From positions 6,262,001 through 6,326,000 of the forward strand of contig NW_024704762.1 of NCBI RefSeq assembly GCF_018977255.1: a stretch of DNA of 64,000 nucleotides, in the 5' to 3' direction. Below, piece by piece: positions 28,754 to 40,000 of the stretch. The position numbers were made by a program, and so were the translations under genes. The notes under the pieces are model-generated. The model ran no database searches. It was given only the letters and a program-made list of their open reading frames with translations, and was not told the origin of the DNA. Positions within the stretch are counted from its first letter, which is position 1. The number at the start of each line of letters is the position of its first letter. The DNA is from Callorhinchus milii. Taxonomy: Eukaryota.

Positions 28754-29807
28754 ATGCCTAAATTTTTGCACAATTTGAACCTGTAAATCTCCCCCCCCCA
28801 CCCCACCCACCCCCACCATTTAATGAGTTTTTCATACACCGTTTGAAAACTACTAATCTAAATTACCCACTCTGCTACCCATAGTAGGCGACACAATAAT
28901 ATTGGGCTACTTTTGGGCTACTGTTTGGGTTTTCTTTGTGCTACAAGTGTCTTCATTTATTGGCAACCTGGGGAGGGGGGAAGAGAAGGAATGGGTCCCC
29001 CTCCCTCCCCTGAATGATTATTCAAGTTAGTTTGTCATTTTTAACCTTGTACGATGAGGTCTTTGGATTGTACAATTTGGAACTGTGTGTGATTGTGATT
29101 TCCTGGTTGGTTGAGTGACATCTCTGTCCTGCATTTTTTTCCCAAGTACTGTTTATCTTATTTGCCCTATTATTCCTCTTCGTGTTGCCTTTTCAAATGT
29201 ATTCTGTTTGTAATGTACATGCTAAGTGCGCTTTCCTTTGGTGGTATACTTGCGTATTTGTGTTTTGCGGTTATTTTTTCTATCATCATTCCTTCCAAAT
29301 GTTTTTCGCTGTTCATTTCATTCATTTCCATCACCAAATTACTGCATAATTTTCAGACTACTATTTAATAAACTATACTAGAATCCTTCTAAGGAGGGTG
29401 ACTGACAAGCATACTGCCCCTTTATCTCAGAACTGCTGTTCAACTGCATTTGCAGTGAAACTCCCTATAATGTAGAGGAAGATAAAAGTACATTCTTGTA
29501 TCCTTTTAATTATTTTAGGATGCCACCTCATTGTTAACCACAGAAACAGATGAAGGTCATTTGAAGCCCACCGTACCAGTTTGTTAGATCTTTTAATGCC
29601 CCCTTACCGTCATGAAGTATAAAGAGACGTCTCTTTTTTTAAATTAAAAAACAAACAATATGATACAGGCTTTATTGCATCAGTATACAATACCAAGGCA
29701 TTCCTAGTCAGAATAGAGATAAAACCACACTGAAAAATTATCATACATTATTTACAACTTCTGCAAATGCAACATCGAATACAACCTAGAACGCCATAGA
29801 TAGAGAC

Positions 29808-32800
29808 CTAACTATCTTCCGGACCCATAAAGTAAGCAGCCAATACCTGTCGGATTTCTTCTGCTTTGCTATCAATCTGTCTGTCAGATTCTGTTTGGTT
29901 TGGCTGAGGAAATTCCTCCTGCCCAAGCACTCCCAGCCATTCATTATTAAAACCATCATTATGCTTTTCACAAACGTTGTGAAGAATGCAGCAGGCGGTG
30001 ATCATTGTCGGAATCAGTTCAAGGCTACAGTCATTCCTTTTGAGAAGACATTGCCAACGTGCTTTGAGTCTGCTAAAGGCATTGTCTATCACAGTGTGAG
30101 CCTGGTTTAACCTGCAGTTAAACACAACTTGATGCTGTGAGAGCTTTCCTGTTTCCAAATACGGCTTCAGTAACCATTCCTGCAGTGGGTATGAAGAGCT
30201 GCCTATCAACAGGTATCTCACGGGAGTTCCCCTGATGATTCTGGGGCAAGCGGGAAACAACTTTCCTTCAGTAGCCCTCATCCACACATCAGAATTCTTC
30301 AGAATTTTTGTGTCAAGAGTACTCCCAGAAAATCCAGCACAGACGTCCCAGAAATTACCAGTGCCATCAACCACACCTTGCAAGACAACCGAATGCCATC
30401 CCTTTTTGTTTAAATAATCTTTGTGATACTGTGGCGGGGCAATAATGGGTATATGGCAACTATCAATAGTACCAACACATTGGGGAATGTCCCACTTGAT
30501 GCCATACGTCCGATTCATAGTCTCAAATTCCTGATTGGTAGGCAGTCTTAGATACAGAGGCTTTAACAGAGACACAATGGCGTAGCAGACTTCTCTCACA
30601 CATTTACACACAGTTGATCGCCCTATTCCAAACAGATGACTTATTGTTCTATATTCAACATTCGTAGCTAGTCGCCAAAAGGCCACTGCAACTCGCTTTT
30701 CCAGTGGCAGTGCTGGTCGAAGGTGAGTGTTTCGGCGAGACACCATGGGTTTCAGCTTATTACACACGTGAAAAAATGTTTCCTTAGACATTCGGAAATT
30801 TTCCAACCAGTCGTTCGGCTGAAATTCCTTCATGACCACGCGTTCCCACCAGTCCGAACTTCTAGGCTTGCACCAAATTCTTGTTCGACAGTTACACCTA
30901 CTACCTCCACGGGCCATGACCATCTATAAACAATACGAAAAACATTTCGAAGTTCAGGAACTGGAGGCTGGTTTGATGGAGAACTTCACTTTAAGTACAC
31001 AGTGTAAGCTGGATGTTCACATTGATTTAATTACTCGATTTAAAGTTGCACAGAGTAAAATCAAATTAAGACATTTAACACTTGATTGTCAAAGCTTGCT
31101 TAATAGTACAATACTGCATTTCTAAACTCTCCGCTCTCACCTCCAAAATAGCCAGCTCTAAAAACCCAATTAATTTCCCCGCCATTCACCTCAAAGCACT
31201 CCTCTTGCTCCGTTATAATAATAAATTCGCCCACAAAATACACGGTCAATTTACTTCATAGTATGTCATGTGAAGCACTTTGAGACATCTCAAAGGTGAT
31301 AAGGCTATCAGTCACCCCTATGTTTTCAATGCCTGTGTTTAAAATACGTTCTGTAAAGTTTGTGTGTTCACTAAAAGCATAAGCCAGTGTGAGTGTAGTT
31401 AGTAATTACCGATTGCGCTCGGCGAAGCTCAAACATGCTGAAGTTTGGTAGAACTGGTCCATGCGTGTTATTAACTATATTGAGTTGTCCTTTAATTTTT
31501 TTTGTGTATTTAATGGTTTTGATACTTATGGTGCCATCAAGTCTGACTCAGGCATTGACTGCAACAATTTGGTGGGCAACTGACGGCCTATAATTGGCAT
31601 AAGTGGCGAGGAAGGCGCCCGGTTTCCTTATTGGGTCACTTAAACGATGATTTGGATTGGACCATAAGAAAGGCAACAATTACACCAAAAAATAATTGGT
31701 GCAATACAATTACCATTGAGGGCCTTAATTTGGGGTGGGGCTCAAAGCCCATAAAAGAACGAGCGCCAATGCTCTGGGTTGCTATTTTTCCTACCTGATT
31801 ACGGCGAAAAGGTACGTGTTCTGACTATTGATGAGTAGAGGTTGGTTCTTCGTGCACTTTACATTAACTTCATTACAAGTGGCTTCTAACCTGTTTAGTT
31901 TAAGTGTGATTAATGTTTGTTATCTTAAAGTTGCATTTATTGATACTTATTGTGCCGTTAAAGATTTAATACCGAGGGTTGTGCATTTCATCGAACCTAC
32001 AATAAAATTACGTTGAGTTTACTTAGCTGTGCTTTCTCAAACTTTCTGTATAAATCAAAGGAGGACACTCAACACAGGTTGAGTCTACATCACAGTCTGT
32101 TTAGAATAAAAGACTGATGATGGAATTGTCCCAATTTGCTTTAATTTAAATAGTACCTGTCGATGTGGAAGAACTCATTAGTCAACTTACACCTAGTTAT
32201 AGGGACTTGCATTCATTAGTGAGGATTGACCACAGAGGCCACGCAGTACACTCTGCAAGGGGAAGGAAGCCATATCATGGATCGACATATATGGGTAACC
32301 AGATAAGAACCATCTCAAGGCACTATCTCAAATATAAGGATTATTATTAGTATATTATGTAAAGCGCTTTGGGACGCCTCAACGACGTGATAAGGCGCTA
32401 CATCAAATGCAAGGATTACTATTACTATTGTAAGTAATAATCCTTCCATTCGAATCAATGCCTTTCACGTCTCAAAGCACTTCATGTGGCTCGCGGTGAA
32501 GTGCGGCAGCCGCGTGTTAACGCAGGCGAACGCAGCGGCCAAAGTTCACGCACGGTGGGCGACATCCCGCAAACAACCGCGGAGCGAACAGCCTATGTTA
32601 TTTGAAATACGACAAGAGATTTTTGTACCCGGGACACCGACCGAACGGTGATGAGCTGGTTTGGTTTGGGGTTTGGGGTGGGGGGGGGGGGAGAAGGCAA
32701 GGGAACTCCTTCAATAATAATCCTTGCATTTGATGTTGCGCCTTATCAGGTCTTCAAGGCGTCTCAAAGCGCTTCACGGGACTGACCTACCGGTACGTTG

Positions 32801-33294
32801 ACGCGGACTATATTTTGAGGGCAAAAGCAGACAAATGTCTGCAACAGGATAGGGAAAAGCTGGAAATACAGTACAAGGATGGTTTGGGGAAGGTTCCCCC
32901 CCCAACCCCCTCTGTCTTAGGAAGGTCATTCATCTCCTGGCTTTAGAGTTAGTGTCGAGTCGGGGTCGGAGGGAGGAAGGCAGAAGAAGAGAAAGAGGAG
33001 TCAATGAAGGAGAGGGCAGGAACAGTTCAGCCCTTTGTGCGTGACACGAAAAAAAAGGAAAGGGGGGGGGGGAGAGAATTAAAAAAAAGACCTTCCCCCT
33101 CCTCCAAAAAAAAAAATTCTTTTGTTTCCTACCAATATCATCTTCCTCTGTCGCTGCTGGAAGTACTGCCTCATCCTCAGCCGCCTCTGAGCGTCGTTCC
33201 TCCTCTCGAGGTTGGCGCCCTCCACCTCGGCCCGGCGCTTCATCAGCAAGTAGAGGAACAAGAAGAGCAGAGGCAACGCCGCCTCGTCCGCCAT
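29808..33294 (-). CDS. PIF/Harbinger transposase-derived (HARBI1-like, DDE_Tnp_4-type) protein, 2 exons: 33133-33294 and 29808-30923; 425 aa
   Basis: 371-aa ORF with Harbinger motifs ENFRMSKETF, HTH region (YRTISHLFGIGRSTV), GTIDSCHIPI, Y.NKKGWHSVVLQGVVD, YPLQEWLLKPY, AF.RLKARW.CL, ACCILHNVCE. It is preceded directly by an acceptor (tttatag|ATG at 30923) that joins in phase 0 to a 54-codon exon ending TTG|gtagga. Minus-strand AATAAA at 29671-29676. Confidence 0.9.
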
Positions 33295-33501
33295 ACTTGT
33301 TTCTCTCTCTCTCTCTCCTCTCTCTTTCTCCTCCCCTCTCTCTCTCTCTCTCTCTCTCTCCTCTCCCCGTTTGTTTTGGGAGCCGCTTCGAAACCCCGGG
33401 AAGAGCTCCAGCGGCGGCGTCGACCACAGCGAACCCGCCCCCTTCCCTTCCTTGTCACCCCCCCCCCCCCCCTCTTCCCTCCTTTCCCTCTCCTGTTGTC
33501 T

Positions 33502-34110
33502 GAGGAGAGGGGGAAGGGGGGAGAGGGAGAGGGGGGGGGGAGAGAGAGGTAGAGAGACGGACTTGGAAGTGAGATTGATGGAGAGACCGAAAAGAAGGAA
33601 AGGGCAGAGAGAGAGAGAGAGAGAGAGAGGGGTTGAGAAAGGAAGGGGAAGAGAGGAAGGGGGGAGATGGAGAGAGAGAGAGTGAGAGGAGGAGAGAGAT
33701 AGAGGGAAGGGGAGAGAGGGAGGAAGATACGGGAAGGAGGGGGGAGAGAAGACGATCGGAGGAAGGCAGAGAGGGGGAGAGGAAGAAGAGGAAGGGAGGG
33801 AGAGGGAAGAAGAGAGAGGGAGGAAGAAGGGGGGAGAGAGAGAGGGAGGAAGAGGAGGAGGGAGAGTGGGAAGAAGAAAGAGGAGAGGGGTGAAGAAGAG
33901 GAGAGAGGGAGGAAGAAGAGGAAGGAAGATGGAGAGAGAGAGAGAGCGAGAGGAGCAGAGAGATAGAGGGAAGGGGAGAGAGGGAGGAAGGTACAGGAGG
34001 AGGGGGGGGAGAGAAGAAGATCAGAGGAAAGCAGGGAGAGGAAGAAGAGGAGAGGGAGGAAGGAGGGAGTGAGGAGGAGGAAGAAGAGGAGAGTGGGGGG
34101 AGGAGGAAGT
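33502..34110. repeat. About 600 bp polypurine (GA-rich) low-complexity tract
   Basis: Almost only G and A on the + strand. Confidence 0.9.
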
Positions 34111-34129
34111 CTTCAATGGCCTTTTTTCC

Positions 34130-34767
34130 AACGGTCGCTCCAAATCGGGTCCGTCTTCAAATCACACCGGGGGTGAGGGGGGGTCGGGGACCCCGAGCTG
34201 CTGCGCGGACCCGTGGCCTCAATCATTGATCCTTATTACTTGATGATGATTCATAATAATATAAATATAGACACGTTAAAAATAGCCAAAGCTTATTTCA
34301 CGTCAGACGCCCGAGTTCTGAACTCTTTTATTGAGGTGTAATGAAAGCCTTTGGGTTGTGTTGTGCTGCAGGTGAGGAGGGAGGGGGCGGGGCGGGGGGG
34401 GGAGAGCGCGGAGCCGGTCGTCACGGCGACGGTCGCCACGGCAACAGCCGGTCGCCAGGGCGACGACGGACGGCGCCCTTTTTTATTTTGTCCGTTGAGA
34501 TTCAAAACGCCCGCCGACGTCACAAAGGTAACGGTCGCCGGCCCAGCCTGCACCGCGGCGGGTCGCGCGGCCGCCATGTTCTTCTGAGGAGACATAGAAG
34601 CCCGGGGGAGGAAAGCCTTTCGACTCGACATTATGTGGGAAAAAAATACCTAATTTCTACACGCACTCACACGCGTGTATATATATATTTAACACAGATA
34701 TATATATCGTTCGGAAACGACGCCCTCACTCTCCTCCCCGACTGCCTGACAACTCGCACCGCCGAAG
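34130..34767 (+). promoter_or_regulatory. CpG-island promoter and probable non-coding first exon of FZR1 (donor AAG|gtacgc at 34768)
   Basis: CpG-dense stretch with GC boxes (34384-34399), three X-box-like palindromes (34417-34464), a CRE-like GACGTCA (34516), a YY1-like GCCGCCATGTT (34570-34580) and a splice donor; next acceptor at 36984. TSS not determinable. Confidence 0.65.
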
Positions 34768-35172
34768 GTACGCTCGAATTCCTGCCACTCTCCTCCAGCC
34801 TTGTTTTGTGTTCCTTTCTCTCCCTCTCTCCTTCCCTCCCTCCCTCCTTCCTTTTGGGGGGAGGGGGGGTTAACCGGCTCCAGGGAGTCCCGGGCATCCC
34901 TCCTGTCCTTTTCCGAAAGGGATTCGAGTCTTTTGTCTTGAGCTCGAGCGCCTGCAAAGAGGGGTGTTTTTGTTTGTTGCAATGGAACCGGTGTGAGGGG
35001 GTGTGTGGGGGGGGTTTCGCGGTGTGTTTGTGGCCTCACCGGTCAGACGTGTTGCTTTGGGGTTAGAATCGATCATCTTCAAGTCGATAACAGCGTCTCG
35101 AGATGTCTCGGCGCTTCACGGGACTCCGCTCTGCTGCAAAAGTGCAGTGACTTTGTGTATTTTTTTGTGCGC

Positions 35173-35725
35173 AATAATAATAATAATCATCATCATCATC
35201 CTCGCATTTGATGCGATAGCCCTCGTCCCGTCTTCGAGACGGCTCATAAAAGGGCTGCTGGGCAGAGTATACTGTAAAGTGAATTGACTGTATATTTTCT
35301 GGGTGAAACGTGGCAGCCCATTGCGCACAGCTTTGTCCCACAAACAGTCGTGGATTGAAGTGACCACTGTATTATTATTTTTTTTGAAGGAATTATTATT
35401 ACCCCCCGGAAAATCAATCCACCTATCGACTAACAACCGAGTGCCTACTTACTGCTAGATAAACAGAGGCGTGTGGAGTAAGAAAACTTGCCCAGCATTT
35501 CTAGCAGCCGGGAAATGGCCACAAAGTGAATGACCCAATTTTATCTGGGGGATTGTTGGCCAGGACACGGGGAGAAACTCCCTTCAATCTTCAAAGAGTG
35601 CCATGGGATCTTTAATGCATCCACCTGAACAAGCAGAGGGGATCTCAGTTTAATGAATCACCTTAAGGATGGCATCTCTGTCAATGCAGTGCTCCCCCAG
35701 CACAGCATTCAAATGTCAGTTTTGA
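35173..35725 (-). mobile_element. Adjacent SINE copies (1497-type at 35173-35515, DeuSINE-type at 35516-35725) in FZR1 intron 1
   Basis: Reverse-complement matches to both SINE bodies seen elsewhere in the window. Confidence 0.75.
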
Positions 35726-37030
35726 CTTGAGTTTAAACGGGTTATCCGTTGACATTTGTCTCCAGTCCTCATTTGACCCGCAGCCTTTTGACAGTCATTT
35801 GCTCAACAATTCAAGCATAAGAGTTCCTCAGTGTTGATGACTAGGAAGTTGTTAATTAATAATTAGCCTAGATAAAGGCCATCCCTGTTTAATTCAAAAC
35901 ACAGCTAGGGTTAGGGTTATCTGAATATGCTTCTCTTGACCAGAAATTACAAAGGCGATTTAACAAGACATAATCTAATTGTTGTCTTCTCAATTTGTGG
36001 ATTCAGCAAATATTTTAAATTAAACTGTAGGGCTTTTGCTGAAACAGTTGAGAGCTGATGAGTAAGTGGAAAGCAAATACAGTACTTTAAAACTTTACTG
36101 TGTTATGTGATGAAAATGGTATTAAGAGCAAGATTTTGGAGGAAGAATTTGTTTGGAACTTGACTTTTCAGAGATAATTCCAGTGTATACAACAACAACA
36201 ACAACAACAAGATTACATTTGTATAGTGCCTTTCACATCGGGAGGACGTCCCAAGGCGCTGGACAGCAAACAGCATATCGAACCCGAGCTTGGGTCAGGG
36301 TATAAAACGTCATTCACATGAATTGTCAATATGGATTCTGCAGAATGATAGGTAATAAGTCATTGCCATAAAGCTGCTGCTGACAATTCATAAGCGTATG
36401 TATATAAAGGATATATGGTGAGCAGCTGTTTGACATAATTTATATCCCATGTGTTAAGGTTAGTTGTGGAATGTAAAGTTGTTTTCGCAACTGTTCAGTG
36501 TATGGAGAGGATGGTGCTTGCACTGATTCAATACTTGTATGCTATCTTGTCAGCATGCACATTTAAATATTGTTTCACACATCATAATCTTTGCAATTGA
36601 TCTTGGGCCTTATCGCATTGTCGAGTTGTCTCAAAGCGTTTCAAAAGCTATACTGTAAAGTTGATTCACTGGATTTTCTGCATGATCTTATGGGCAAGCC
36701 AGTTTTTGCACAGCAATGTCCCACAAATAGCTATGGAGTGTGTGACCAATTTTATTTGGGTGAATGTTGGTCAGGACCAGAAGAGAGGAACTCCCGATTG
36801 GTGACATTAGTAGGTAAAAGTGACATTTCAGTATTAATAAAAAAAGAATTTGCATCTATATAGCACCTTTCACATAAAAACTAAACTTAGCACTTTTACA
36901 TATTAACTAAGCAGCCACGTGGCAGTTTAATACAAGAGAAGTTTGGATGTTAACTGGAGTGTCAAATTGTTTATCTTCTTTTAGAACTGCCACTCGATTG
37001 AACTTGGTTATAGTTCAAGTCATCATAATT

Positions 37031-40000
37031 ATGGATCAAGACTACAAACGGCGCCTGCTACGACAAATTAATGTTCAGAATGAAAACACAGTCCCTTGTG
37101 TAAGTGCTGTGCACAACAGTGTTCCATGAACAGCCATGAAGTGAATGACCAATTTTATCTTAAATAGTCCTCGCATTTGATGTAGCGCTTTTCACGTCTT
37201 CTAGACGTCTCAAAGCGCTTCACAGAATATACTGTAGAGTGAATTTACTATATCTTGGGGATTCTAGGCCAGAATTCCAGGAGAAGCTAGCTACCTTTTC
37301 TTTTGAGATAATGCAGGATTGTAAAAGTCCACCTGAATAGCTAGGCAGGACCTATCTCATCTGAAGCATGCCACCTCCCAATATGACCTTGCATTGGAGT
37401 ATCAGAGTTCAAAGTGGCCGTTTGAGTCAGAAGCGAGAGTGCTATCAAATGAGTCAAGCTGGCACTTGATTGAATGTGTAAAGTTTACAAATGTGTTCGC
37501 TGTTCGGATACTAAACCTAAGAGGAGACTCCTCCTGAAGCTCGGTAGTGATTTAATAGTGATGTGGGACTGTGTTTTTATCCAGACTCGGATCAATTTTT
37601 TTTATATACGAATGGTCATGGGGAAAATTTCAATAAACCAAATTATTGGTATTTCTAAATTCTATTAACAATTAATAAACCAAAACATTCAATTATCTAC
37701 TATTCAATTAACCAGATTTCACCATGATTTGATTTACGATGACACCCATTGGCTATTTGTTGGTAAATGCATCTTTGGGAATCCAAACGTACTGCTCTGA
37801 AAAACTAGGAAATTCAAATTGGGGAACAAAGCATACCAAGTTGATCCTGAATTGCACTGGACCGAGTGATTTGCTTACCACCATTCTTTTTCTTTGTTTC
37901 TTTAGATAACTGAAGTTAGGAGAACATTGACTCCTACAAATTCACCGGTATCATCACCAAGTAAAAGCGGAGATAGGTTTATACCTTCAAGAGCTGCTGC
38001 AAATTGGAGTATAAACTTCCATAGAATAAATGTACGTTTTCCATGCAATCATTGGTTTGCAAATTCCTTGGAATTTTTCTGAAGGTGATTGTACATGAAG
38101 TCAAAGATGAAATGAACATTGCTTTCATAGATCCTTGTTCTTCAATATAACCCTATTGATGAATTATAGTAATAATAAGTAGTAATAATTATTGTTGAAC
38201 AGTATTGCTGCGCATCTTTTTCTACTGTATTCAAATATTGTGGCTAAAATTGAAACAACCAACAAAGGATTAATGCTCAACAATATAAAAACATGATCTG
38301 CTATCAATATGCTATTCTAAGAAGCTTGCTGTGGGTGTAAAGTGTAGTTTTGTCTCATTTTAGGAAAATGAAAAGTCACCGAGTCAAAATCGAAAGGCAA
38401 AGGATGCTACTTCTGACAATGGCAAAGGTTCAGTACCCACTGACTTCTTATTCACTACTTGTCATACTAGTGCTTATTGTCCAGGTTTTCATATGAATAA
38501 TAGCCACTTGGGCAAAGTACCAGAGGCAGGTTGGTGCTCGTGGAATGATATCCTTGTAGAAGGAAATGCCTGAGAAAGAGGATACATATCCCCACAATTG
38601 CCCCACAATCCCCACAATCCCTGTGCCACTACCTTGTCCTCTACAGAATTTAAAAACAATGTTTTATATTAATGCTGCCTAAACTCTCAATAAAAAGGTG
38701 TTATATCTTTAGCATTCCTGATGAAGTGTTCTTTTTCTAAATCCGTTTCCTCTCGGCTTGTTTGGCAGATGGACTTGCTTATTCAGCTTTGCTTAAGAAT
38801 GAGCTGCTGGGGGCAGGAATTGAAAAAGTTCAGGACCCTCAGACTGAAGACAGACGCTTACAGCCATCAACGCCTGAAAAGAAAAGTTTATTTAAGGTAA
38901 TAGCAGCTGGACTTAAACAGAACAGCTGAATTGGTTTTATATCGTGCTGGGGAAACACAGAACCTGTTAGGTTCTTTGTCAAACAAAACAAAATACTGCA
39001 GATGCTGAAATCTGAAACAAAAACAGAGAGAGCTGGGAAAACTCGTCAGGTTAGGCAGCATTTATGGAGAAAGGAAAGTGAGATGAAGGGTCCAGTTCTG
39101 ATGAAGAGTCATGGACCCAAAACATTGACTCACTTTCTTTTCACCATAGATGCTGCCTGAACTGCTGAGTTTTCCCAGCTCTCTCTGTTTTTGTTTCAGA
39201 TTCTTTATCTAGATGTTCTTTGTTTCTTGTAATGAATGAATTGAGGATTATATTTACAAAACCAGTAAATGACTTTAAAAGTATTCCAATACCGTAACCT
39301 TGATTTGATATTAATTGATGCATGTTTAAACTCTGGGTCAGAACGTTTCTGAATTTGGGTTAATTGACTTAGATTTCCATTTTATGAAAGGCTTTGTCAT
39401 CAGATACTGGGTTAATTGCAAAATTAGTGTAGTGGAAATTATTTACACCCAAGGACTACTGAATGTTACACAAAATGTATCACGTCAACCACAAAAAAGT
39501 ACTTTTCTTAGCAATTACCGAACTTTCCTTTTATTCTTATCGGATGGATAGGTACTTAGTCATTTGTAGTTTGCTTAATTTTGATGTTTTACTAACCCCT
39601 TTCTCTTTTTGCTAACAAAATGTTTTGAGATTACTGAAATGTTTTCACTGCAGAATGTGCATGCTTTATATTAATTTCTTTAATCAGTTTAAAATGTCTT
39701 CTATTCACAGTATTCACTCAGCACTAAGCGTGCAAGTCCCGATGATGGAAATGATATCTCACCGTACTCATTATCTCCAGTTAGTAATAAAAGGTAATCT
39801 TGAACTGGGATTTAAATACATGCAGTATAGTCTTTGCGGTGTTGACGATTGTTCCCAGCGCGTTTGGAACCGATATCAGCAGTGCTTGAACTAAGATTTA
39901 GTGGTGTCATGAAAGTAGTACAGAAGTGTAAGCATCAGTGGTGAGACTTTGTTGGTACTGCTGTGTTACCTTTGCATAACAGCAGGGTTGGTACACTGAG

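Noticed and set aside
28498-28839. Long N-terminal extension of DOHH
   Set aside because: The frame runs through the tandem repeat and starts at a non-ATG codon; the ATG at 28497 gives a normal-length protein.
29000-34300. Active Harbinger element with TIRs and a Myb/SANT partner ORF
   Set aside because: No matching inverted termini or trihelix-type ORF found by eye; a computational search could still find decayed ones.
32930-35066. Long ORFs 32930..33427, 33004..33552, 33371..34072 and 34341..35066
   Set aside because: Low-complexity or GC-rich open frames over a CpG island and purine tract; only 33133-33294 has exon features.
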